The translations under genes were made by a program, and so were the position numbers. Shown piece by piece: positions 34,188-43,298 of a stretch of 64,000 nucleotides of DNA. The DNA is from Candidatus Nealsonbacteria bacterium (GTDB taxonomy: Bacteria; Patescibacteriota; Minisyncoccia; Minisyncoccales; PWPS01): contig PWNV01000020.1 in assembly GCA_003557645.1 (NCBI GenBank), positions 14,328 through 78,327 of the forward strand, given 5' to 3'. Below the pieces are notes generated by a model. It was not told where the DNA came from, made no database searches, and worked only from the letters and a program-made list of their open reading frames with translations. Positions within the stretch are counted from its first letter, which is position 1; the number at the start of each line of letters is the position of its first letter.

Positions 34188-35438
34188 ATGCACATAAAAG
34201 AAATTACTATAAATCATTATAAGAGCATCAAGAAACCTATGCACATTAGAGACATTTCCGACTTTCAGATTCTTGTAGGAACCAATAACGCGGGAAAAAC
34301 GAACATTCTTGACGCAATCAATCTTTTCTTTGACCAAAACGTGGACGCCGAAAGATTTTTTGATGAAAGTGCTAATCTTGAAATTATTCTAACCCATAAA
34401 GGAGAGTCACACAAGTTATCTTATCGGGGAGGCGAAAGCTCTTATAAAGAACATAATTTTAAAAAGTATTTTGTTCGCATTAATAATTCTCACAATTATC
34501 ATGATGTTGCAAGAAAAATAGAAAACTTTAAAAAAGAACATCCTAAAAATTACCAAGATTTTTCTATTGCACTAAAAGAAAATTTTAAAGACATAGAAGT
34601 TAGCGAGGAGCTTTTTCTATCAAATGTTTTTGCTGACAATAAAGAAAGATCAGTAGAAAGAATAGGGTCTGGGTTTAAGCGTCTTTTTGTAATTTTATTC
34701 TATGTGTTCCACCCTCAATATAAAGTTATACTCATCGATGAACCAGCAACCGATCTTCACCCCTCAGTGATAAGAAAGTTTCTTAATATTTTAAGCGCAA
34801 AAAAACTTGATAAACAAATTTTTCTTACCACTCATCATCCAACTTTTGTGCAAGCAAAGTATCTTCCACAAACATGGAGAGTTTTCCGTGAGGAAGAAGG
34901 GAGCACTTCTCTTTGCGGATTTTCAAAGAGAAAAGTTGACGTTAGTCGCTTTATTCAAGAGATCAATGATGACAACTCAGGAATGCTTTTCTCGGACAAG
35001 GTTTTGCTTGTAGAAGGTGTTTCAGACCGTATTTTTATAAGAGAAATGGTTAACCGTTTTTATAGAAAAGACAAAAGTATAAAAGTGGTATATACGAGTG
35101 GCAAAGGATCAATAGATATCTATGCCAACCTCTGTGAAACTTTCCGTATTCCGTATGCAATAATGCTCGATCGTGATGCAGTAAGCTCAAGCTCTCTCCA
35201 AAGAGTTAAAAAATTTCCTGTCTTCAAGAAAAAAGTTTCTCTTCATAATAAAATTGAAGAGCTAAAGAAAAGAGAAATTTTTATCCTGGAAAAAGATTTA
35301 GAGCACGTATATCCACAAAAATACCCAAGAAAAGAAACCAAACCCCTTACAGCTCTTTTCGTTTCTCAGAACATTAAAAAAGAAGATCTTCAGGACAAGA
35401 GAATGAAAACCATCAAAGAGATGTTAGAGCAAATTTAA
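34188..35438 (+). CDS. OLD-family nuclease: ABC-type ATPase fused to a Toprim domain (compact, 416 aa)
   Basis: Walker A GTNNAGKTN, signature-like GSGFKRLF, Walker B VILIDEPATDLHP and H-loop FLTTHHP. The Toprim domain has VLLVEGVSDRIFI and IMLDRDA. Confidence 0.8.
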   Translation: MHIKEITINHYKSIKKPMHIRDISDFQILVGTNNAGKTNILDAINLFFDQNVDAERFFDESANLEIILTHKGESHKLSYRGGESSYKEHNFKKYFVRINNSHNYHDVARKIENFKKEHPKNYQDFSIALKENFKDIEVSEELFLSNVFADNKERSVERIGSGFKRLFVILFYVFHPQYKVILIDEPATDLHPSVIRKFLNILSAKKLDKQIFLTTHHPTFVQAKYLPQTWRVFREEEGSTSLCGFSKRKVDVSRFIQEINDDNSGMLFSDKVLLVEGVSDRIFIREMVNRFYRKDKSIKVVYTSGKGSIDIYANLCETFRIPYAIMLDRDAVSSSSLQRVKKFPVFKKKVSLHNKIEELKKREIFILEKDLEHVYPQKYPRKETKPLTALFVSQNIKKEDLQDKRMKTIKEMLEQI

Positions 35439-37115
35439 ATCAATCTCTCTTTTCGCCTCTAAGTAAAGAGCATTACTCCACGCCTGATTCAGGCACCCCT
35501 CGCTTCTGTTTTCACTTGCACTACTTATCTCGGTGTGCGCTCCTATCACTCCTTTCCACATTAGCTCTTCCTTACTCGCTTTCATTATTTTTTTAATATA
35601 AGAGGCGTATTTTTTCTTGTTAGTTCTATATAAAACAATAGCCACTAAGTTGTTTAGGTAAAACCAGCTATCACCATTGTGATAGCTTTTTGCATCTTCT
35701 CCGGTGTGTTCTGGATAAAATTTTGAACTACTTTTATCCAAGGTAGCAACACCGCCCCACAAAAGCCATAAATGTGAAAGAGCGCTATCAAAACAATCCT
35801 GCCATTCACTTTTCTTTAAGAGGTGGGGATATATGTAGGCTGCAATAAAAATGTTGGGACGAATATCTTTATCAATCTCCTTGCTAGAAGGGCAGTATCC
35901 ATCAAAAAGAATTGTTCCGTCAAAAAATAAACTTCTTACCTTCCTTCTCATTTCACTCTCAAGTTTCATGTAAAAATTTCTCTCTCCTCTTCTTTTGGCA
36001 AGATTAGATGCAAGGCGATACATGTTTAATCTCATTGCTTGAAGCTCAATTCTTGCCCCACTACGATTTAAACTATCCATCCAAGTTTCTTGCGGCTTAT
36101 TGACGTTAAGACCGTCTTCTGTAAACCCAAGCAGAAGGTCTTCTAAATATTCTTTAAGTGTCTTTCTAATTCTTTCCTTCTCTACCTCTCCCATAAGGGG
36201 CAAAACATCCTCTAGTCTTTTAAATATCCATCCAGGAGCATCCATATTTAATCTTCCCCTAGGACCACTTTCGAGCGCACTTTCAAGTAATCGCAGAAAG
36301 ATAGCTTTCCCTTTTTCTTCCTCAATTTTAAGCACAGAACGAAGCGAAATAGCTTCATCGCGTGGCCAAAACTGAAAAAACCAAGGAAAACCGGCATAAA
36401 TTCCAGGGGGCTTCATACTTAAAAGATCAGCAAGTGATTTTTCTGCGCACAGAACATCTAAATCCCCTTTCCCTGTTGTCGTATTACGAACATGAAGTTT
36501 GTTTGCCTCCCTAAGAGCTTCTTCTTTTTCTTGCGCAATAGCAAAAACAAAGCGTTTACCATAAAGAGCAAGTCCATGAAAAACTTTCCTTTCAAACGGC
36601 TTAGAGTTTCGCTTTTTATCTAATTCATAATAACGTAAAAAATTATCTTTCCTCCCTAATCCTTTTTCACACCTTACGGCTAAAAAAAATCCGTTGCTAA
36701 ATTTTACTAAGAGGGATTCTCCCACCACCTCCACCTCGTAATCAGTGGGGTCTTCGTGAGAGTAAGACTCTCTCATATCCAAAAAAACATTTACTTTCCT
36801 TTTTTCAGTTAATTCATAAATCAGAGTATGAGCTGATTGAGGAAGAAAAAAAAGCTCCTTTAATTTTTCTCTTCTCCTTTCAACGTAATGGAAATTATTT
36901 CTTATTTCTAGGATACTTCCCGCTTCTTCTACCTCAATGTTTTCTATTACCTTATAGAGGTTATCTCTAAGCGCAGCAAACCACCCTTCATAACGACTTT
37001 TCGGCTTTTCATTTAACCACAAATAATCGCCATCTCGATTAGAAAGCATAAAGCCACACTCCTCCGATTCTTTTGTTTCTTGGATTTCTTCGTTTAGAAA
37101 GTGAGTTATTCTCAT
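35424..37115 (-). CDS. amylo-alpha-1,6-glucosidase / glycogen debranching enzyme (GDE_C family)
   Basis: 563 aa. GFPWFFQFWPRDEAISL and an (alpha/alpha)6-barrel-like C-terminus (YHNGDSWFYLN) are typical of archaeal/bacterial GDE. Confidence 0.8.
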   Translation of the reverse strand: MRITHFLNEEIQETKESEECGFMLSNRDGDYLWLNEKPKSRYEGWFAALRDNLYKVIENIEVEEAGSILEIRNNFHYVERRREKLKELFFLPQSAHTLIYELTEKRKVNVFLDMRESYSHEDPTDYEVEVVGESLLVKFSNGFFLAVRCEKGLGRKDNFLRYYELDKKRNSKPFERKVFHGLALYGKRFVFAIAQEKEEALREANKLHVRNTTTGKGDLDVLCAEKSLADLLSMKPPGIYAGFPWFFQFWPRDEAISLRSVLKIEEEKGKAIFLRLLESALESGPRGRLNMDAPGWIFKRLEDVLPLMGEVEKERIRKTLKEYLEDLLLGFTEDGLNVNKPQETWMDSLNRSGARIELQAMRLNMYRLASNLAKRRGERNFYMKLESEMRRKVRSLFFDGTILFDGYCPSSKEIDKDIRPNIFIAAYIYPHLLKKSEWQDCFDSALSHLWLLWGGVATLDKSSSKFYPEHTGEDAKSYHNGDSWFYLNNLVAIVLYRTNKKKYASYIKKIMKASKEELMWKGVIGAHTEISSASENRSEGCLNQAWSNALYLEAKREIDLNLL

Positions 37116-38896
37116 TTTTGTGCAGCATTATGTGCTTCGATGTAGTTTTTAACAAAACTTTCCCAGTCAGCTTGTGAGGCTATCTTCCTTGCTTCAATTT
37201 TATTCTCCACTCGTTCTCTTCTTTTGTTCTGTGAAAATTTGTATAGAAACTGATATAGATCCTCTACTATTTTATTATCATCTTTTTTCTCTCTTTCTAA
37301 AATGTAGATACCGGGTCTCCCTTTTTTCTTTTTTAATTTATTTCGAAATCGCCCAAACCCGGCAAGATCAGTTGTTACCGACGAAACGCCTAGCGCAGCA
37401 GCTTCAAGTGGAGTGTATCCCCACGGCTCATAAAAACTTGGAAAGACGCCAAGATGACAAGCCTCAAGAGCTTCTTCGTAACTAAGATTAGAAAGTCCAT
37501 CATATCCTGTAAGATAAATCGGATAATAAATGACTTTAACTCTATCTTCTTCTTGATTTAAAAGTTCTGCTCTTTTTAGCTCCTCCATGATCTCATCGTG
37601 TGAATGAGTGAGATGGTGAGTTACTAAAGGAGGAGTGCTCTCTTTTCTTTTTAATCGATGTAATTTTTTTTCAATTTCAAAAAGATAATCTTCGCTAATG
37701 AGATTCTCTTTGCTAAGATCCTTTTCTTGTAAGGTGTTATACAAAATTCTTTCTTCTATTTCTGGAAAAGTTCCTTCTAAATAATCACGTAGATCTCGGA
37801 AATATTCTAGATTTTCTAAAAGAGAAGGATTCACTCCCTTTGCTTGGGAAGGAATAAAAAGAAAGGCAACTATAGTGCGGTCACTGTTCTCCTTAATCAT
37901 TTTACGATTTAGTTTTCCCAGGGACTGAATGAATACATCTATCCCTTTAGCACGAAGCTCATTTCTTCCAATAATAAAATAAAATAGTGTCTTTTCTATG
38001 TCAAAAGTGTAGTAAGGGAAGAAAAAAGCAGAAACAAAGCTTCGTAGTCTTCTTCTTTGCAAACGATGCTTTATCACTATCTCTTCAAAACTTAAAAACT
38101 CCTCAATATCAAGCCCATTGGGAAGAATAAAATCTGGCTTTCTTTCAAGAAATTTTTCCGCTTCTATTCCAGTAATTTCGCTCACCGTAGTAAAAACATT
38201 ACATGTACGAGCAGCCGCCTTTTCAATAATGTGCTTAGGATAAACATTATACTTTCTCGCCTCTTCTTCTGGATTAATCTCGTTTAATGACATGTAAAAA
38301 TTAATACTATGGAAAGCTAATGTCCTTCCAAGACTTGTTGCATGAGTAGTAAAAACAGTTTTAACTTCTGTGTTTTTAGAATCTAAATACAGCAACCCTG
38401 CCGCAGAAAGCCACTCGTGAAAATGGGCAGTAATCTTTTTGCTCTTATATGATGAGGAAAGTTCTCTTATAAGCCGGCCTGTTGCATAAGACCAGCAGAC
38501 TGGTTCATCAAAGTCGTATCCCGCCGCCAAAGAGTCCACTTGATAATTGTCCCACAGCTCCTTTTTAATATCATTCACTTTAAAAAAGTAATCAACAAAA
38601 TCAACAAGAATAACAAGTGGTTTTCCTTTAATAAGCCATCTTCCGTAATGGCACCTTATCCCTTCTTTTTCAAGATCTTGGAACACTTTCTTTACTTCTT
38701 TGGGAGCAGCCTCTTCCCGAAACTCTCCCCGAGATTTTTCCGTGTAAGGGCCAATCAAGCAATAATCTTCTCCGTAGTACTGCATCATACGATTTGCCTT
38801 TGATTCAATTACTCGATAAATCCCACCCACCCGATTGCAAACCTCAAAAGATACTTCGTATAATTTATTACTCTTTGGTTTAATATTTTTTTGCAT
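37112..38896 (-). CDS. glycogen synthase of the eukaryote-type GT3 family
   Basis: 594 aa. YEVSFEVCNRVGGIYRVIESKA, HFHEWLSAAGLL, FTTHATSLGR and FPSFYEPWGYTPLEAAA closely follow the signature blocks of animal/fungal glycogen synthase. Confidence 0.85.
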   Translation of the reverse strand: MQKNIKPKSNKLYEVSFEVCNRVGGIYRVIESKANRMMQYYGEDYCLIGPYTEKSRGEFREEAAPKEVKKVFQDLEKEGIRCHYGRWLIKGKPLVILVDFVDYFFKVNDIKKELWDNYQVDSLAAGYDFDEPVCWSYATGRLIRELSSSYKSKKITAHFHEWLSAAGLLYLDSKNTEVKTVFTTHATSLGRTLAFHSINFYMSLNEINPEEEARKYNVYPKHIIEKAAARTCNVFTTVSEITGIEAEKFLERKPDFILPNGLDIEEFLSFEEIVIKHRLQRRRLRSFVSAFFFPYYTFDIEKTLFYFIIGRNELRAKGIDVFIQSLGKLNRKMIKENSDRTIVAFLFIPSQAKGVNPSLLENLEYFRDLRDYLEGTFPEIEERILYNTLQEKDLSKENLISEDYLFEIEKKLHRLKRKESTPPLVTHHLTHSHDEIMEELKRAELLNQEEDRVKVIYYPIYLTGYDGLSNLSYEEALEACHLGVFPSFYEPWGYTPLEAAALGVSSVTTDLAGFGRFRNKLKKKKGRPGIYILEREKKDDNKIVEDLYQFLYKFSQNKRRERVENKIEARKIASQADWESFVKNYIEAHNAAQK

Positions 38897-40091
38897 TTTG
38901 TTTGTTAATTCTTAATTTTAAATCATTTAAAGTATTCATAAAGCAAATAAAAGCATCATAAGGAGAATCGTAGGGACTAAAATAACTATGAACTTCTCCA
39001 TCTGCCAATGTTTTGGTTGACATGTAATAAAATTGATCCGAGGTTTGTAGTCTTCGCCAACTATTGATAATATTCTCATCTCGGGTCTCTAACACATCCT
39101 CCTCTATCTCATATAGTTTCAGCAAGGCGTCTCTTTGCATGTCATTTCCAATCCAAGCTGAAAGATCGCGCTCACTGTCTGCCCAAGAAGTAAGATATGG
39201 AACATCAACCTCATCACGAACTTGATACCTTTCCATCGCCTCACTTAAAGTTAAAAAATCATTATCTGGATTCCTTAATACTTCTTCTGGAAGATGCTTA
39301 AGAAAATTAAAAATTCCCGTTTCTTCCCATTGATGTTCCCCAAACGTCTCATAATCCATAAATAGATTAATAATCTCTCCGTTACCGTTAAACTGTGATA
39401 TCCATCGCCCGAACTTTTCTGCAGTAAGAGGATGTTCTTTCCACTGGCGAGCAGAAAACCGAAATGCAATATCATCAGATAAACGATAATTTTTCAAAAA
39501 AAGTTTTATTTTTTCTGTTCCTTTTGGTTTGTAAAGAAAGTTTGGACTTCTCCATCCAAGAACTCGGTCTAAACCCTCGCCCATTACACCGTAAAGGCCC
39601 ATTGTTTCTGCAATTTTGGCAATATCATTACTATAAGCAAGCTCTGTGCAACGAAAAATACGGGGCTCAACAGAAAAAAGTGACTTTATTTTTTCTCGAT
39701 GCGCCTTTACCTGCTCCTTAAATTCTTTAAGAGAATGCAGAAAAGCAAAAGAATGATGATATGTCTCTGATAAAATCTCTACCCTTCCAGTTTTTATCAA
39801 ATCCTGGAAAGATCTAAGCGTTTCCGGAGAATAGTTTTCCATTTGCTCTAAAACCACACCTGAAAAAGAAAAACTAAAACGAAATTCAGGATATTTCCTT
39901 AAAAGCTCGAGAAGAATTTTATTTGTTGGAAGATAGGATTTTTGAGCAACTTTTTCCATAATCCTTTGATTGTTTAAATCTCCCTCCCCTGCATCATTGA
40001 AATAATTTGAATCATTTCCAATGTCAAAAAAAGAATACTTTTTTATTCTATAGGGTTGATGAACTTGAAAATAAAAACAAACTGATGGCAT
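38880..40091 (-). CDS. glycoside hydrolase family 57 (alpha-amylase/4-alpha-glucanotransferase-like)
   Basis: 403 aa with FYFQVHQPYR, GRVEILSETYHH and FMDYETFGEHQW (GH57 conserved regions). Confidence 0.8.
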   Translation of the reverse strand: MPSVCFYFQVHQPYRIKKYSFFDIGNDSNYFNDAGEGDLNNQRIMEKVAQKSYLPTNKILLELLRKYPEFRFSFSFSGVVLEQMENYSPETLRSFQDLIKTGRVEILSETYHHSFAFLHSLKEFKEQVKAHREKIKSLFSVEPRIFRCTELAYSNDIAKIAETMGLYGVMGEGLDRVLGWRSPNFLYKPKGTEKIKLFLKNYRLSDDIAFRFSARQWKEHPLTAEKFGRWISQFNGNGEIINLFMDYETFGEHQWEETGIFNFLKHLPEEVLRNPDNDFLTLSEAMERYQVRDEVDVPYLTSWADSERDLSAWIGNDMQRDALLKLYEIEEDVLETRDENIINSWRRLQTSDQFYYMSTKTLADGEVHSYFSPYDSPYDAFICFMNTLNDLKLRINKQNAKKY

Positions 40092-40094
40092 GGA

Positions 40095-41303
40095 TTATGA
40101 TAATAATGAGGTATATATATTTATACACTTTCTTGCAGCATTTTTCCAACTTATCTTAGGAAGTTCTTTTAATCCTTCCTGGCAAAGACATTGTGAAAGA
40201 GGGCTGTACTGCAGCGCGGATATAATTTTATTTGCCATCTCTCTTGTATCCCAAAAATCTACCTTTAACGCATGATACAGAACTTCAGAAACTCCGGACT
40301 GTTTAGATATAAGAACTGGGGTTCCACTTGCAAGCGCTTCCAAGGGTGTGATTCCAAACGGCTCAGAAACAGATGGCATTACAAAAAGGTCAGCTAATCG
40401 ATACATTTCCTGAAGTCTTTCACCTCGTAAAAAGCCAGTAAATAAAACCCTATCAGAGATTCCAAGTTTCGCGGTTTCCTCCATTATTTGTTGTTCCATA
40501 TCACCCGAACCACACAAAACAAAAAAAACATTGTCCATACAAGAAAGGACTTCTTTCGCACTTCGAATAAAGTAATCCGGTCCCTTTTGAAGAGTGATTC
40601 TTCCTGTGAAAAGAACTATTTTATTCCCTTTTTCCTTTATTTTATGTATATTTTTAGAGGTAAAATCACAATCGAAGCAATCAATTCCATTGTGCACTAC
40701 TACTATTTTTTCTGGAGAAATTCCGTAATTTTCAATAACTATATTTTTTGTAAAAGCACTAACCACAATAACTTTATCTGCCTTCTCCATCCCCTCTTTT
40801 TCAATTTGATAAACTCGAGAATCAATACCCTCTCCCCCTCCTCTATCAAATTCGGTAGCATGAACATGTACAACCAACTGTTTCCCCGTCCTCTCTTTTG
40901 CTTTTATTCCAGCTCCAAAGGAAAGCCAGTCGTGTGCATGGATTATGTCAAAGGTTTCTCTTTCCGCCAGATTACCACCATAAATAGCATACCTTAAAAC
41001 CTCTTCAAACAAACTCTGCCCATAAACAAGTCCAGGAGAAAAAGAAATAGCCCGAAAATACTCTGTTGATCCTAAATAAGGAGAAAGTGGAGAATCAAAA
41101 CGATGAAAATTCATATAAGATGTTTCTGGAGAAATAATCCTTAAAAATGAATCATCAATATCTTTATTCTTTTTGGGCAATACAAAGGTAATTTCAATTT
41201 TTTCCGCTACCAGTGCTTTAGTAAGTCCCTGGCAGGCAGTTCCAAGACCCCCACTATTGTGGGGAGGAAATTCCCATCCAAACATAAGGACCTTGGTTTT
41301 CAT
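40095..41303 (-). CDS. GT-B retaining glycosyltransferase, GT4/GT5 glycogen-synthase-like
   Basis: 402 aa with N-terminus FGWEFPPHNSGGLGTACQGLTKAL and C-terminus PSVSEPFGITPLEALASGTPV (EX7E-type). Confidence 0.75.
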   Translation of the reverse strand: MKTKVLMFGWEFPPHNSGGLGTACQGLTKALVAEKIEITFVLPKKNKDIDDSFLRIISPETSYMNFHRFDSPLSPYLGSTEYFRAISFSPGLVYGQSLFEEVLRYAIYGGNLAERETFDIIHAHDWLSFGAGIKAKERTGKQLVVHVHATEFDRGGGEGIDSRVYQIEKEGMEKADKVIVVSAFTKNIVIENYGISPEKIVVVHNGIDCFDCDFTSKNIHKIKEKGNKIVLFTGRITLQKGPDYFIRSAKEVLSCMDNVFFVLCGSGDMEQQIMEETAKLGISDRVLFTGFLRGERLQEMYRLADLFVMPSVSEPFGITPLEALASGTPVLISKQSGVSEVLYHALKVDFWDTREMANKIISALQYSPLSQCLCQEGLKELPKISWKNAARKCINIYTSLLS

Positions 41304-41328
41304 AAAAAATTCAAATTATAATATTTTT

Positions 41329-41961
41329 TTAAAAAGGAAGGTTGATTAAATCTCTAGGTTCTTCAATTAAGACATCAGGACGAGATCGCAACAATGCTTC
41401 CCTCGAACTAAGGCCCCAGGTAACAGCAACTGTATGAACTCTAGCCGCCTTTCCTGCTTTTATATCTCTCGTTTCATCGCCTATATATATAAAAATATCG
41501 CTGCCTTTCTTTACTTTTTTGATCGCTTTGTCCTTGCTAAAAAGTCCTGTAGAAAGTACAAAATCAAAATAATTCATTTTATTGTTCTCTAAAAAATCAA
41601 CTACATTTTTTCTTGAGTTTGAGCTCAAAATTCCCATCGTATTCCCTTGGTTTTTAAGGAGTTGCAAGGCTTCATTCATCTCTTTTTTAACTGAAATTCT
41701 TTTCATTTCCTTATTCATTTCATTTTTTGATTTGCGTACTACAAAAAAAAGCTTCAAAAGAGAAACATTGAAATCCCTATAAATACTCTCTATTCCTTCT
41801 TCACGAGCTCTGCGAAACATCTCCGCACTAAATTCGTTCCCTCCCTCCTTTGCTAAAATTTTGTTCAACGTTTCTACGGCCAAAGGAAGCGTATCTGCAA
41901 CTGTCCCATCAAAATCAAAACAATATATTTTTTTCTTTTTAATTGCTTGATTGATAGCCAA
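41329..41961 (-). CDS. HAD-superfamily hydrolase (phosphoglycolate phosphatase / sugar-phosphatase-like)
   Basis: 210 aa with motif I FDFDGTVADT, motif II LSSNS and motif IV GDETRD. Confidence 0.8.
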   Translation of the reverse strand: MAINQAIKKKKIYCFDFDGTVADTLPLAVETLNKILAKEGGNEFSAEMFRRAREEGIESIYRDFNVSLLKLFFVVRKSKNEMNKEMKRISVKKEMNEALQLLKNQGNTMGILSSNSRKNVVDFLENNKMNYFDFVLSTGLFSKDKAIKKVKKGSDIFIYIGDETRDIKAGKAARVHTVAVTWGLSSREALLRSRPDVLIEEPRDLINLPF

Positions 41962-42025
41962 AATAATAATTAATTAGCTTAATAGATTAACTTGAGAAAT
42001 CTTTTCACAAGATCTGGAATTATGA

Positions 42026-42101
42026 TGGCTGCGGGACCAGGACTCGAACCTGGAAACTCCACGTCCAAAGCGTGGCGTGTTACCAATTACACCATCCCGC
42101 A
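42026..42101 (-). tRNA. tRNA-Gln (anticodon UUG), CCA encoded
   Basis: Hand-folded cloverleaf: acceptor UGCGGGA/UCCCGCA (U1-A72), anticodon arm CCACG-CUUUGGA-CGUGG, T arm CCAGG-UUCGAGU-CCUGG, and 3' GCCA. Confidence 0.85.
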
Positions 42102-42170
42102 CTGCAATGCTCTATACATCATAATGTATTTTACTTTTTTGGGCAAGGCCCTTTCATTAATAATATTTTC

Positions 42171-43298
42171 TTAAAATTCTTGATCTGAGTCTTTTTCTAC
42201 TATCTGGGCAACTGCCATTTCAAGAGGAAGTTGTGGTATAGGAGAATGCTTTATCCTTTCTCCCGCTTTAAGAAAAACATCAATCATATCTCTTAGCTTT
42301 TCCTCTTTGGTTTTTTTAACTTGCTCTTCGATGTTTTTAATCTCTTCCTTTGTGAAAACGGCCATCAAAGAGTCCAAAAACGACCCTTCTCTAGAAGAAA
42401 TAATTTTCAGCATCAACATTTCCCTCAAATAATATAATATATTTTTATGAAAATCTTCTGGATCCGTACCATGAGAAAACGCTTCATCCATGATTCTTAC
42501 CGCACCCTCACAGTTTTGATTTAGTAGAGAGTTTATAAAGCTACTTATTACCTGCTTTTCTATCACCCCTAAAAGATCTTTGATATCTTCTTTCCTGATA
42601 ACATTATCCTTTGATGTAAAAGACATCACTTGAGATAAGATACTTTCCGCATCACGAAGTGCCCCATCAGCTGCAACTGCAATCATTTTAAGCGCTTCTT
42701 CCTCAGCCTGATAACCTTCTTTCTTAATAATTTTCTTTAACCTGTTTACTATCTCTACCACTGTTATTTTTCGAAAATCAAACCGTTGACATCTGGAAAT
42801 AATTGTCGGAATAACTTTTAGTGGTTGTGTTGTTGCAAGAATAAATATTACATGAGAAGGAGCTTCTTCAAGCATCTTTAAAAGAGCATTAAAAGCTCCC
42901 GAAGTAAGCTGGTGAGCTTCGTCCAATATAAAAACCTTGTAATCTAATTTTGCTGGTGAAAAGCGAATCCCATCGCGTAGCTCTCTTATTTCGTCAATCC
43001 CTCGATGTGACGCCGCATCAATCTCTATTAAATCCACAGCATTTCCTTTTCTGATTTCAAGGCAGGAAGAACACTTGTTGCAAGGGTCAGGATTATCTTT
43101 TTTCTCGCAGTTCACTGCCTTTGCTAAAAGCCTGGCAATCGTAGTTTTACCACACCCCCTGGGTCCAGAAAAAAGATAGGCGTGTGAAACTTTTCCTGAC
43201 TCAACAGCATTAAGTAATATTTTAACCACATGCTCCTGCCCAACCACTTCAGAAAACTTCTGCGGTCTATATTTGCGATAAAGTGCTATTTCAGACAT
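42171..43298 (-). CDS. dnaX: DNA polymerase III subunit gamma/tau, short form (domains I-III only)
   Basis: ORF 42171..43352. I prefer Met19 (MSEIALYRKYRPQKF). It has Walker A GPRGCGKTT, zinc module CNKCSSCLEI and an SRC motif. ~375 aa. Confidence 0.9.
   Translation of the reverse strand: MSEIALYRKYRPQKFSEVVGQEHVVKILLNAVESGKVSHAYLFSGPRGCGKTTIARLLAKAVNCEKKDNPDPCNKCSSCLEIRKGNAVDLIEIDAASHRGIDEIRELRDGIRFSPAKLDYKVFILDEAHQLTSGAFNALLKMLEEAPSHVIFILATTQPLKVIPTIISRCQRFDFRKITVVEIVNRLKKIIKKEGYQAEEEALKMIAVAADGALRDAESILSQVMSFTSKDNVIRKEDIKDLLGVIEKQVISSFINSLLNQNCEGAVRIMDEAFSHGTDPEDFHKNILYYLREMLMLKIISSREGSFLDSLMAVFTKEEIKNIEEQVKKTKEEKLRDMIDVFLKAGERIKHSPIPQLPLEMAVAQIVEKDSDQEF

Noticed and set aside
34188-35438. 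Gabija (GajA-GajB), PARIS or retron assignment for the OLD-like gene
   Set aside because: No UvrD-like, DUF4435-only or reverse-transcriptase gene is adjacent. The nearest UvrD-type genes (25785..29006, 16735..18660) are more than 5 kb away, on the other strand, in repair operons.
39275-39475. Small same-strand internal ORFs (39275..39475, 14272..14460, 8387..8593, 49397..49582, 52484..762)
   Set aside because: These are out-of-frame ORFs nested inside well-supported genes, with no independent signals.
40488-40997. 169-aa plus-strand ORF, plus similar long antisense ORFs at 10388..10780, 22286..22663, 31993..32376, 48416..48829, 49568..50002, 61465..61818 and 62207..62545
   Set aside because: Each lies entirely antisense to a well-supported gene (GT4/5-like, Kef, GDH, GerMN-like, RmuC, CaCA, rplL, rplJ). 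Their translations are low-complexity or Phe/Ser/Ile-rich with no motifs. They are shadow frames.
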